Below are positions 1 to 9,796 of a stretch of DNA of 64,000 bases, in pieces; within the stretch, counting starts at the first letter, position 1, and every line of letters begins with the position of its first letter. Source of the DNA: a bacterium (lineage in GTDB: Bacteria > UBA8248). The translations under genes and the position numbers were made by a program. The notes beneath the pieces are model-generated. The model was not told the origin of the DNA. It saw nothing but the letters and a program-made list of their open reading frames with translations, and ran no database searches. Location: NCBI GenBank assembly GCA_965207065.1, contig OZ242260.1:3776001-3840000 (forward strand). Direction: 5' to 3'.

Positions 1-2
1 CC

Positions 3-296
3 TGCTACGTTACGGACGGCGCCTCGCGGTCGGTCGAGATCGGCGGGCGTACGATCCGCTTCCGGCATGCGAGTCCGAGCGTCATGCGCTGGGCGGGAAA
101 AGCGGCGGCCCCGGTCGCTCAAGCGCTCCGGTGGCTGGGTCCCGAGGCCTCCAGGGACGCGCGGGTCGCCTCGATACTGAGACGCCGTCTCCCCGATGCC
201 GTGAAACGCGACTTGGCGAAAAACTGCCGGGACCTGCCCGGCTGGGCGATGCCGCTCGCACGCAGCATCACAAGTGATGAGACTATCGCTTCATGA
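3..296 (+). CDS. DUF6088 family protein (AbiEi-like antitoxin), 5' truncated by the window edge
   Basis: Frame open from position 3: CYVTDGASRSVEIGGRTIRFRHASP...QALRWLG...LPGWA resembles the DUF6088 C-terminus; ATGA overlap with the AbiEii gene. Confidence 0.8.
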   Translation, partial: CYVTDGASRSVEIGGRTIRFRHASPSVMRWAGKAAAPVAQALRWLGPEASRDARVASILRRRLPDAVKRDLAKNCRDLPGWAMPLARSITSDETIAS

Positions 297-1334
297 ACGA
301 TGCGTTCAAATCCTTTTTCGCCTTGGCCGGGCAGGACAAACGCGATGTGTTCGAAGCGGCGGCGAGTCGTCTCGGCACGTTGCCCGGTTACGCAGAAAAG
401 GATTTCTGGGTCTGTTTCGTTCTAGATGCGCTCTACAACGGGTTGCCTGGCGGGCACCCAAAACTGCTTTTCAAGGGCGGAACGTCCCTCTCCAAGGCAT
501 TCGGTCTGATCGAGCGGTTCTCCGAGGAGATCGATCTGGTCGTCTATCGTGACGACCTGGGTTTCGAAGGCCACCGGGACCCGACGATTGGAGGAAACCT
601 CTCCGGCAAGAAACGGAACGCTCTCTTCAGAGAGCTCACGAAAGCTTGCAGCGACTACGTTCTGGGAAATCTAAACGGCGCTGACGGGTTTGATTGACGG
701 GGTTGTGGCGGAGTGCCGCGTCCTGCCGGATGAGGATGACGCCAGCCGCCAGACGCTATTTGTCGAATACCCCACCCTGTTCCCAGGCGGTACAGTTTCC
801 TATGTGTCCCAGCGTGTGAAGATCGAGGCGGGGGCGAGATCCGCGCTGGACCCGAACCTGATCTGCACGGTCAGTCCGTATATCTCCGCCGAACTACCCG
901 ACCGGACCTTTGAAGTGGAAGGAATCAGAACCCTCGCGCCGGAGCGCACTTATTGGGAGAAGCTCCTGATCCTGCATGGTCTGCACTACGGGTACGAAAA
1001 TGGAAACCGCCTACCAGCCGACAGAGACTTGATCTCACGCCATTACTACGATGCCGCGATGATTACTGCGACCGAAACCGGCAGGCATGCACTCTCGAAC
1101 ACTGATCTGCTTGGCGCAGTCCGGGAGCATAATCTCATCGCTTTTCGGCAAGCCTGGAAACGGTTCGATAAAGCCGTCCCCGGTTCGGTGCGATTGACGC
1201 CTCAACCGGAACTGCGCTCGGTGATTGAAAGGGACTACGGGGCCATGCAGGGCATGATCCTTGGCAGTGTTCGGGAATTCGGATGGATTATGGAGCAGCT
1301 TCAACGAGCCGAAGAAACAATCAATCGAGACTAA
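293..1334 (+). pseudogene. AbiEii/AbiGii nucleotidyltransferase toxin, frameshifted near 671-676
   Basis: EKDFWVC and FKGGTSLSKAFGLIERFSEEIDL in ORF 293..697; KIEAGARS, ERTYWEK and SRHYYD in ORF 690..1334; frames join at ctaaacggcg. Confidence 0.85.
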
Positions 1335-1442
1335 TCCGGCGACTTGTTGCCTGCTCGGTGGGGTGTGGACCGATGCGTCAGGAATCACGGGAATATGGTT
1401 TTTAGAAGCACTCCGTGATTAGCCCCTGCGCCCCTCCGCAAA

Positions 1443-1468
1443 GGACAACCACGGGGGGTTGTCCCTAC
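1443..1468. repeat. GTAG-family REP-like palindrome
   Basis: ggacaacc-acgggg-ggttgtcc followed by ctac; relatives throughout the window. Confidence 0.8.
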
Positions 1469-1536
1469 AAAATCATCACAAGCCCACGTTTCCAATCGAG
1501 TTCGCCCGAAACCCCGCTCATCACCTCCGAGACATC

Positions 1537-1628
1537 TAAATATCCCACTTAAATGACATAATAGCCTTAATATCCCCTTTATATCTCTTATTATTGCAGT
1601 TATTATCAATTTATTTCTTTAATATCTT
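1537..1628 (+). promoter_or_regulatory. AT-rich block with repeated ATATC motifs upstream of the XRE gene (putative promoter/operators)
   Basis: TATC at 1541, 1571, 1582 and 1623 in a very AT-rich tract. Confidence 0.45.
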
Positions 1629-1696
1629 ATATTATATGGTGTATTATGGATCCCGGATACAGAGACCAACAACTTTTGATTGTGAGGTTCATTAAA

Positions 1697-2659
1697 ATGA
1701 GAATTCACCCCGAAACACTGAGAAAGCTGCGCAAGGCGCGTGGATGGAGCCAGCAGGAACTGGCCGAGAAAGCGAAGATCGAAAAGAAGACAATCGGCCG
1801 CCTCGAGAGCGAAAACGGGGGCGAAGCAAGGGAATCCACCGCCCGGTTGCTCGCTTCCGCCTTGAAACTGGGGAGTCCCCGGATTCTGGCCCAAGGCCCC
1901 GAATCAGATGCGGTGCGGGAGGAAGTATCCCGGATCAACTTCGATTCCGGCGGTTCAGGCCCCAGGGTCCACCTCGACAGCGAAACCGCCCTCGCCTACG
2001 ACCTGGTGGAGGAGCGCTACGGGGTGGACATGCACCGGCTCATCGAAGAGGCGCCCACCCTCTTTACCCTGCTTGCGGAGGCGTGCCTCGCCGAGCGCCG
2101 CCGCCGGGTCGGTGAGGCGAAAGCGGCTTTGGAGGAGTTCAACCGCGCCCTGCCCGAGCATCTGGCAGAATCCGGGTGGACGTATAAGGAGGAGGAAGAA
2201 TCCATCGAGAAGCGCGACCTGTTCCGCCACCCCGGTGACCTCGAATGGGACGACCCCCGCTGGGAGGAATACAGGAAAGACGGGAACCCCTTCGCCAATT
2301 TCCTGAAAAAGTTGGCGAATAACATCAAAGCCGACAACGGAGCACTCGACCCCGCCGACGTCGGATTCGACCCCGATATGGTTTGCCGGGGCTATCTTTT
2401 CCCCGAACACCGCGCGCGACTGACCGGCGACTCACGGCGCGCCGAGTGGGCTCTTTCCCACGGATATGCGCGTCTCGGCCAGATACCCAAGCGCCTGCGC
2501 GGCGAAGGCGAGCAGGTCGCCCGCGAGCGCACCGGGTGGCTCGAAGCGCAGATCACCGACGATGAGTGGGCCGAATGCGAGGAGATGATGGCCGCCGCCG
2601 AGAGACTCGGGAAAATGCTGACGGGCGAAACCGACCCCGACGGGGAACCAGGCGAATAG
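1697..2659 (+). CDS. XRE-family helix-turn-helix protein with large uncharacterised C-terminal domain
   Basis: LRKLRKARGWSQQELAEKAKIEKKTIGRLE; ATG 1697 preceded by GAGG. Confidence 0.85.
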   Translation: MRIHPETLRKLRKARGWSQQELAEKAKIEKKTIGRLESENGGEARESTARLLASALKLGSPRILAQGPESDAVREEVSRINFDSGGSGPRVHLDSETALAYDLVEERYGVDMHRLIEEAPTLFTLLAEACLAERRRRVGEAKAALEEFNRALPEHLAESGWTYKEEEESIEKRDLFRHPGDLEWDDPRWEEYRKDGNPFANFLKKLANNIKADNGALDPADVGFDPDMVCRGYLFPEHRARLTGDSRRAEWALSHGYARLGQIPKRLRGEGEQVARERTGWLEAQITDDEWAECEEMMAAAERLGKMLTGETDPDGEPGE

Positions 2660-2732
2660 GGAACCGGAGAGTTTCTATCTCCGGCATGGGACGGGGCAAA
2701 ACCGAGACGACGGACAGAGGAGAAGTAATAAC

Positions 2733-3740
2733 ATGAACGCCGAATGTTTGATTCAGTGGAACCGCCTCAAAAAAGAAGCCGCCGGGGATTTTCCACTGGA
2801 AAAACTCGAAGGCTGTATAGGAGAATACCTGCGCGAAAACCCCCAAAAAGGGGAGAACAACGCACGCACCGCACTGAGGTCCATCAGAGAGGCCCTCGGG
2901 TGCAGGGAACACGAAGACGAGGCCGTCAGGCACAAGGCCGGTAAACTCCTCAAGAGTTGCCGCCATTCCTTCGATGAGGTCTGCAAGAATGCAGGCCATT
3001 TCAGAAAGGCATTGACCGAGGCCAGGGAGAGGAATGCCGAAGAAAAAGCCAGCCCAAGAGTCATCCCTCTCGGCGGCGGGTTCCGTCTCGAAGAAGTGCT
3101 CTCCATCAAGATGCTCATGACAATCGGAAAGACTCTCGAACTCTGCGTCGCCAAGCGCGAGGATGCACGAAGTTATTGGAAGGAGGCCGAGTCCGGCGAA
3201 TCCGGGCTGTGGCTGCTCCTGAAGGGAGAGGAGCGATTCGCCCTGCTGAAAATCGACCTGGAGGAGAATAAGGTGGGGGAATTCTCCGCTCACGACAACG
3301 ACGACCCCATAATCTCATTCGAGCTGGCCATGGAAATTCTCGAGAAGCTCGGCGTCACCGCCGATGATGAGACTTCATTCGCCCGCGTCGGCGCATTCGG
3401 CAGGTTCAAGTGTGGTCGGCCCGAGGGCGAACCCGTCCGCGTCGGTGAGCAGGAAATGTGGGTCTGGCTGTATGAGGACGAACTCATCGTGGGGATGGAT
3501 GAACATGCCGACGGGAAACTCTTCTGGTCCCGCTTCGAACTCAAGCAGAAGAAATATAATCCATTCGAAGACCCCAGGAGTCCCTGGGACCTCTTCAGCC
3601 GGGAGGAGTGGGAGGAGAATACCGGTAACCACCTCAGCATGGGGATGCTCTTCGAGATCGTCCGGCGTAATCCCCATGTCCTGGAAAGACTCCGCTCCCC
3701 CGTCATCGCCGAACCGGCTCTCGCCAGGAAAGCCGCCTGA
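2733..3740 (+). CDS. Hypothetical protein with PcfJ-like central region
   Basis: 335 aa, GAGGAG RBS; LMTIGKTLELCV...SYW..AESG...LWLL...FALLKID...EFSAHDN resembles the PcfJ pattern (weak). Confidence 0.6.
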   Translation: MNAECLIQWNRLKKEAAGDFPLEKLEGCIGEYLRENPQKGENNARTALRSIREALGCREHEDEAVRHKAGKLLKSCRHSFDEVCKNAGHFRKALTEARERNAEEKASPRVIPLGGGFRLEEVLSIKMLMTIGKTLELCVAKREDARSYWKEAESGESGLWLLLKGEERFALLKIDLEENKVGEFSAHDNDDPIISFELAMEILEKLGVTADDETSFARVGAFGRFKCGRPEGEPVRVGEQEMWVWLYEDELIVGMDEHADGKLFWSRFELKQKKYNPFEDPRSPWDLFSREEWEENTGNHLSMGMLFEIVRRNPHVLERLRSPVIAEPALARKAA

Positions 3741-3909
3741 GCGCGCCCGTTCCAGTTCGACCCGTCACAGAATCGTCCCCTCACCATTCGACGGCGCCAG
3801 ACAATCTCCACCCTTCCCGGCTCCGGATTCCCTCCCGGTCGTAGCCGGACCCCGCCGGAATGACGGCTGTCATCGAACCCTTGGAAGCCGGCGGCATACC
3901 CTTCCTCTC

Positions 3910-4230
3910 GGGGCTGTTGAAAAAGTCCGATGAAGGAGGAATGACGATTGTAGGGACAACCCCTCCTCGGGGTTGTCCTGCCCCTCCTCGGGGTTGTCCA
4001 TTTGCAGGATGTTTACAATCAGGACAGGCACGGAGGCCTGTCCCTACGGGGTCGTCGCGTCGCTGTGCGGGCGTGATTGGTCGTGTAGGTAGCGCTGCGC
4101 TACAGAAATGCGGCCCATGGTCGGCAGGCCTAAAAGGCAGGGTCGCATAATATGTCGGTCATACATGTCCGACCTACACCTTCACACCCGTCGAACCAAA
4201 CTGCTGAATCAAGGCTTTTTCAACAGCCCC
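3910..4230. mobile_element. MITE with perfect 16-bp terminal inverted repeats carrying REP palindromes
   Basis: ggggctgttgaaaaag (3910) and ctttttcaacagcccc (ending 4230); ctc on both flanks; no transposase. Confidence 0.75.
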
Positions 4231-4395
4231 CTCACTCAGGACGGACCACGCACTTCCCCGCATTTATCGTCACGGGCATTTCGCGTCGATGGGGTATGCT
4301 GGAGAGGCCGCCCGTCGGCCTGCGGTTTTTCAGGCGGCGCGAATCGCGGGAATCGGGCCACCGCTCGGGTGAGGCGCGGGTGGCGCAAAATGCAA

Positions 4396-4465
4396 ATAAT
4401 AATTGCCGAAAATATGGATAAATTCAGATAAATTCACGGGGTTTTTCGATAAAAAAAGATAAATT
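4396..4465 (-). promoter_or_regulatory. AT-rich block with four phased GATAAA repeats
   Basis: GATAAA at 4417, 4427, 4448 and 4458. Confidence 0.45.
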
Positions 4466-4561
4466 ACTTTCCTGGGATGGGACGCCGCGGAATCCGGGCG
4501 CAGGGGAATTCTGCCATGGCCCGCGCCTTCTGCAATGACGGCAATTGCGCGGAATTGCGGG

Positions 4562-5419
4562 CTAGCGCAGAGACGTCACCAGAATCACCCCCGCCACCGT
4601 GACGAGCACCCCCAGAACGATGCGCGGGGTGATTTTCTCGCGCTTCCCCAGTATCAAGGGCGCCAGCACGAGCATGAACAGCGGCACCGTCGCCACCAGG
4701 GGCGTGACGCGCGAGACTTCTCCTAAGCTCAGGGCGGCCATCAGGCATAACTGGGCGGCGGCCATCGCAAGACCCGCCAGGATGAAGTTGCCGAGCGAGG
4801 CCTTGTTGAACACGAACGGACTCCACCCGGTACTCGCCTTCAGGATCAGCGGGCCCAGGGCGCATGCCGAGACGGATTGCAGAAGCCCTCCGAAAACAAG
4901 GGATTCCACGCCTCCGAGCCCCATTTTCCTAAACGTATGGGCGAGCCCCATAAAAGCCGCCGCGCTAATCGGCAACAGCAGCACCCGCCCTCTGGCAAGC
5001 GGACCTCCCCCGCTCGACATAATGTAAACGCCAGCCACGACCACGAGAATCCCCACCCACACGACGGCCGGCGGGCGTTCTCCCAGCACCAGAAAGGCCC
5101 AGAACGCCCCGAAAATGGGGTGGGTGTTCGAGACGGGACTCGTGGAGGCGACGCCGATTCTCTGAATCGAGCGAAACAGGAACATCAGGGACAGCGCGGG
5201 TGAGGATATCCCCGCCGCCAGGAAGGCGAGCCAGTAGACCGAAGGCGAAATGCGGGAGAAATCCACCGCCACCAGGCAGGAGGAGAAGAAGACAACCTGC
5301 ATGATGAGAACGACCAGGCTTCCCGTGTGGGGCGTGCTGCCGTCCAGCCCTCGCCTGGTCATGATGCTTGAGAGGGCGAAGAAGACAGCCGGGCTCAGGG
5401 CGACCAGTTCGAACGGCAT
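4562..5419 (-). CDS. DMT/EamA family transporter
   Basis: About 10 hydrophobic segments, duplicated EamA pattern (LVLGERP; LGKREKIT). Confidence 0.9.
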   Translation of the reverse strand: MPFELVALSPAVFFALSSIMTRRGLDGSTPHTGSLVVLIMQVVFFSSCLVAVDFSRISPSVYWLAFLAAGISSPALSLMFLFRSIQRIGVASTSPVSNTHPIFGAFWAFLVLGERPPAVVWVGILVVVAGVYIMSSGGGPLARGRVLLLPISAAAFMGLAHTFRKMGLGGVESLVFGGLLQSVSACALGPLILKASTGWSPFVFNKASLGNFILAGLAMAAAQLCLMAALSLGEVSRVTPLVATVPLFMLVLAPLILGKREKITPRIVLGVLVTVAGVILVTSLR

Positions 5420-5474
5420 TCACACTCCGACCCGGCTAGCCCCCATCGACCTGTCCGGCGCAAGGGGAAATCGA

Positions 5475-6422
5475 TTAGATGACCCCTGGATTCACGATGT
5501 TTGTGGGTTTTTGGCCGGCCAGGGCCAGACGCATGTTCTCCGCCGTGCGCTCCATGGCGGCGACCTGCGTCTCGGGCGTCCGCGAAGCGTGGTGCGGGCT
5601 GATGATGACGTTCTCAAGCCCCCACAGGCCATGATCCCTGGGCAGAGGCTCAGGATCCGTGACGTCGAGCCCCGCGCCTGCGAGGTGGCCACCGCTCATC
5701 ACCTCCAGAAGATCGTCGCTCACGACGGCGGGACCCCTGGAAACGTTGATAAGAATGGCGTCGGGCTTCATTTTCAATAAATTATCCTTGTTCATGATGC
5801 CCCGCATCTCGGGAGCCAGGGGCATGCACAGAATCAGGAAATCGGCGCGCGGCAATAGGGCATCGAAAGACATGAACTCGAGCTTCGCCTCAGGCACGTA
5901 GGCGGGGTCTTCCGTCCGCGTGTTGATGAGCAACTCCATCCCGAAACCATGGCCGATGCGCGCTGCTCTCCTGCCGATATCCCCGAGACCCACGATACCG
6001 AGCGATTTGCCGCCCAGTTGCACCGCAGGCACATGCTCCCAGGTTTCCTGCTGATCCTGCATCCAGGCATGGCGGGCGACATAGAGCGCCAGGAAAAAGG
6101 CATGCTCCGCCACGGAGCGTCCACGTACACCCTCGACGTTGCACACCATGACGCCGCGTTCGTTGGCCGCATCGACGTCGATGTTGTCCACGCCCGCGCC
6201 CGGCTTCGCCACAACCTTTAGATTCGGCGCCATGTCCATCATTTCGGGCGAGACGGGCCGAAATACCGTCAGAATGCCCTCCGCCTCAGGCAGCAGCGGA
6301 TTTATGGCCTCAGGGTTGTATTCTGCCGGAGCGACGATCTCGTGCTCCACGCCCAGCCAGTCGGGAGCCACGTTCCACGCAGGCGTCGAATAAAGCGGAT
6401 CTACCAACACAACTTTCGCCAT
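5475..6422 (-). CDS. D-isomer-specific 2-hydroxyacid dehydrogenase
   Basis: GAGVDNID, GIVGLGDIG, INVSRG, LDVTDPEPL, SPHHA. Confidence 0.92.
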   Translation of the reverse strand: MAKVVLVDPLYSTPAWNVAPDWLGVEHEIVAPAEYNPEAINPLLPEAEGILTVFRPVSPEMMDMAPNLKVVAKPGAGVDNIDVDAANERGVMVCNVEGVRGRSVAEHAFFLALYVARHAWMQDQQETWEHVPAVQLGGKSLGIVGLGDIGRRAARIGHGFGMELLINTRTEDPAYVPEAKLEFMSFDALLPRADFLILCMPLAPEMRGIMNKDNLLKMKPDAILINVSRGPAVVSDDLLEVMSGGHLAGAGLDVTDPEPLPRDHGLWGLENVIISPHHASRTPETQVAAMERTAENMRLALAGQKPTNIVNPGVI

Positions 6423-6580
6423 GATTAAATCCTCAGATGAAAAATCGGCCGCTCGCTTCGCAAATGAAAAGCGATGTAACCGACCAAAGCGGCCGATGGG
6501 CTCTATGACAAATCACAGGTTCTAAGCCGGAATTGCGAACCTAGGCTTCCCGCTTCGGGACGTCCCAATTACGAACTCTT

Positions 6581-7672
6581 CTACCCGATGATCTTGAGTT
6601 CAGGCACTGAAATGGGCCCAGATGCGTTGGCGATAGCCACCTGTTCGGCCACTTTTCTGGCCGCCTCGCGAAACGACCTGGCCGTAGGATGACCCGGCTC
6701 CCCCGCTACGACGGGCATGCCGAAGTCTCCCCCCAGCCTTACCTTGATGTCGAGTGGAATGGCGCCCAGAAACGGGACTTCATAGCGCTGGGAGGCCTTC
6801 TCCCCGCCTCCCGTATCGAAGATGTTTTCTCGATGGCCGCATTCGGGACACAGGTAGTAGCTCATGTTTTCGATGATCCCGAGGATGGGAACGTCAGTTT
6901 TTCGGAACATCTGAAGACCCTTGCGCGCATCGAGCAAAGCGATGTCCTGAGGCGTACTGACGATGACGGCGCCTGCAAGGGACACCTGTTGAACAATGGT
7001 CAGTTGCGCGTCGCCTGTGCCGGGGGGCAGGTCCAGGACAAGATAGTCAAGCTCCCCCCAAATCGTCTCGCTCAGAAACTGTACGAGCGCCCGCATGACC
7101 ATGGGGCCGCGCCAGATGACGGGGCTGTCCTCATCGACGAGAAACCCCATCGACATGACCTTAAGCCCATGCGCCTCCAGGGGCCTTATTTTATTCCCAT
7201 CCTCGGCAATGGGCCGCGCCGCGGGGATCCCGAGCATGAGGGGCTGGCTCGGCCCGTAAATATCGGCGTCCAATATACCTACCTTCGCGCCTTCAGAACG
7301 CAGGGCAAGCGCGATGTTCACCGCCACGGTCGACTTGCCTACGCCGCCCTTCCCGCTCGCGATGGCGATGATGTTCTTCACACCCTCGATATCCATCTTG
7401 CCCGCCATCGAAGGACGCGCGGTGACGTGGCTCGTCACCCGGACGTTCACCGAATTCACGTTTTCCAAAGAGCCGACGGCCAGCTTGCACTCCTGCTCGA
7501 ATTCTTCTTTGCGCGGATGCGCAGGCGTGGTCAACTGCAGCGTGAAGGCGACCGCATCTCCACAAATCTGAACTTCTTTAATCATGTTGAGGCTCACGAG
7601 ATCTTTTCCGACTTCGGGGTCTCGCACCTTCTTCAGAGCCTCTAGAATCTGGGCTTCGGTTGCTTCTGCCAT
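6581..7672 (-). CDS. apbC: Mrp/ApbC Fe-S cluster carrier ATPase
   Basis: N-terminal DUF59, SGKGGVGKST, DADIYGPS, DLPPGTGD, ENMS...CPEC. Confidence 0.95.
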   Translation of the reverse strand: MAEATEAQILEALKKVRDPEVGKDLVSLNMIKEVQICGDAVAFTLQLTTPAHPRKEEFEQECKLAVGSLENVNSVNVRVTSHVTARPSMAGKMDIEGVKNIIAIASGKGGVGKSTVAVNIALALRSEGAKVGILDADIYGPSQPLMLGIPAARPIAEDGNKIRPLEAHGLKVMSMGFLVDEDSPVIWRGPMVMRALVQFLSETIWGELDYLVLDLPPGTGDAQLTIVQQVSLAGAVIVSTPQDIALLDARKGLQMFRKTDVPILGIIENMSYYLCPECGHRENIFDTGGGEKASQRYEVPFLGAIPLDIKVRLGGDFGMPVVAGEPGHPTARSFREAARKVAEQVAIANASGPISVPELKIIG

Positions 7673-7981
7673 AGGGGAATCCTCTAATCCAAAGCTGGTA
7701 ACGCGTTGAAAAATCGTTTATCGGAAAGTTGCGCCCTCATACTGGAGCGTTTTCATCTTATCGCGCGGATTTTTTTGACTGTCAAACGTGAAAGGGGGAA
7801 ACCCCTTTTGGGGCGAGCGCGGAAAGGCCTCATAAAATCAGGAAAAATGCCTTTCTCGGTTGACGCATCGCCTACATCTCATTATTTTTAGGCCGTCTCG
7901 TTTGTCGATTCAGGAATACAACCGAGCACTTCATACAACCATGACGGATCCAATCTGGCAATAACAAGGAGAATCAATCCT

Positions 7982-8782
7982 TTGGATATCATCGTCTGCA
8001 TCAAGCAAGTACAAGACCCCGACATTCCTCCCCGCGACTTCAAGGTCGATGAGGAGAAGATGGACGTCATCCCGCCTGCGAACGTATCGCCCGTCATCAA
8101 CGGCTTTTGCGAAAACGCCGTCGAGGCGGCCATCAACCTCAAGGATGAACACGGCGGAAAAGTCACCGTCATGACGATGGGCGACGAGAAAGCCAGAGAT
8201 GGACTGAAGAAATGCCTGGCCATGGGTTGCGATGAAGCCGTCTTGCTTCAAGATGAGGCCTTTGGGGGTTCCGACGCCTTCGCTACTGCGCGAATCCTGG
8301 CGAGCGCCATTCAAAAGCTGGATGGCTTCGACATTATTCTCTGCGGCAGGCTGAGCAGTGACTGGAGCTATGGAACGACCGCTCTCGCCCTCGCCGAAGC
8401 GCTCGACCTCCCGAGCGTAAGCCAGCTTCAGAAAGTGGAGAAAACCGACGCGGGGATCCGGTGCGAACGCGCCCTGGAAGACGGCGTGGAGGTCGTGGAA
8501 GTATCGACCCCTTGCCTGCTCACCGCCAGCAATGAGATCAACACGCCTCGCCTACCCTCGGTCAAAGGCATTTTGATGGCGTCTCGCAAGCAAATTCCCG
8601 TATGGAGCTTGGCGGACGTCGGAATAGACCCAGATTCGGTCGGTGAAGAGGCGGCTACTATTGAAGTCACCAAATTTTATAAACCTGTCTTTGACGGTAA
8701 TTGTGAATTCATCGAAGGCGAATCACTCGAAGAAGCAGCCGGCGCTCTGGCGCTTCGTCTTCGTGAAGACAAGATTATTTAA
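7982..8782 (+). CDS. etfB: Electron transfer flavoprotein beta subunit
   Basis: IIVCIKQVQD, AMGCDEA, PRLPSVKGIL; TTG start after AGGAG. Confidence 0.95.
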   Translation: MDIIVCIKQVQDPDIPPRDFKVDEEKMDVIPPANVSPVINGFCENAVEAAINLKDEHGGKVTVMTMGDEKARDGLKKCLAMGCDEAVLLQDEAFGGSDAFATARILASAIQKLDGFDIILCGRLSSDWSYGTTALALAEALDLPSVSQLQKVEKTDAGIRCERALEDGVEVVEVSTPCLLTASNEINTPRLPSVKGILMASRKQIPVWSLADVGIDPDSVGEEAATIEVTKFYKPVFDGNCEFIEGESLEEAAGALALRLREDKII

Positions 8783-8800
8783 GGGAGAACGAATAACGCC

Positions 8801-9793
8801 ATGTCGAACAACGTCCTCATCCTGGCCGAGCGCGCGGGAGACAAACTCGCGCTCGTGAGCAGTGAGCTTTGTGGTATCGGCCGAAAACTCGCCGATGAAA
8901 AGGGGGGTTCCCTGGGAGCCCTTCTCATGGGAGGTGCAGGCACACAGGAATTGGCGAAAGGACTCATCGCCCTGGGAGCCGACAAAGTGCTGGCAGCCGA
9001 GTCGGATATTCTGGATGGGTATACCAACGCGGCGTATCTCAAAGTGATCGACGCCGTCATTACGGAAGAGAACCCGAACATCTTGTTGGTCGCCAACACT
9101 TCCATGGGGCGGGATGTCGCGCCCAGGCTCGCTTTCAGGCATGGAGCCAGCTATGCGCACGACTGCACGGATCTGTCGATCGAGAACGGCAAACTCGCCG
9201 CCGTCCGCCCGGTGCACGGAGGCAGCGCCATCAGCCACGTCCGCTCAAAAACGGATTCCCTCTCCATCGCATCCACGCGTGCGAAAGCCCTGCCGCTGGC
9301 AGATATCGAAGAGGGTCGTGAGGGCGAATTTATGGAAATCGGCGTTTCTGTGGATGCCGACGAGATTCGCATGAATTTCGTAGAGGCGAAAAAGGTGGAA
9401 GCCGAAGGCGTCCGCCTGGAAGATGCGGAAATCGTCGTGAGCGGCGGTCGCGGCCTGGGTGGGCCTGAGAATTTCGAATACTTGCAGGAACTCGCCAAAG
9501 TTCTCAAAGCGGCCGTGGGCGCGAGCCGAGCCGCCGTCGACGCCGGCTGGGTGCCGACGCCGATGCAAGTGGGCCAGACGGGCAAAATCGTGAGCCCGAA
9601 TCTCTACATCGCCGTCGGCATTTCGGGCGCCATGCAGCATATGGTCGGCGCAGGTCCGAGTAAAAATATCGTGGCCATCAACACGGACGCCGAAGCACCC
9701 ATCTTCCAGCGCGCGCGCTACGGCATCGTGGGAGACTATAAGAAAGTGATCCCCGCTCTGACGGAAAAATGCAAGGAATTGATGGATTCCTAA
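8801..9793 (+). CDS. etfA: Electron transfer flavoprotein alpha subunit
   Basis: [35 protein letters not shown]. Confidence 0.95.
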   Translation: MSNNVLILAERAGDKLALVSSELCGIGRKLADEKGGSLGALLMGGAGTQELAKGLIALGADKVLAAESDILDGYTNAAYLKVIDAVITEENPNILLVANTSMGRDVAPRLAFRHGASYAHDCTDLSIENGKLAAVRPVHGGSAISHVRSKTDSLSIASTRAKALPLADIEEGREGEFMEIGVSVDADEIRMNFVEAKKVEAEGVRLEDAEIVVSGGRGLGGPENFEYLQELAKVLKAAVGASRAAVDAGWVPTPMQVGQTGKIVSPNLYIAVGISGAMQHMVGAGPSKNIVAINTDAEAPIFQRARYGIVGDYKKVIPALTEKCKELMDS

Positions 9794-9796
9794 CCC

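Noticed and set aside
690-697. TGA at 695-697 as a second selenocysteine codon
   Set aside because: The downstream homology is in a different frame, so this is a frameshift, not read-through.
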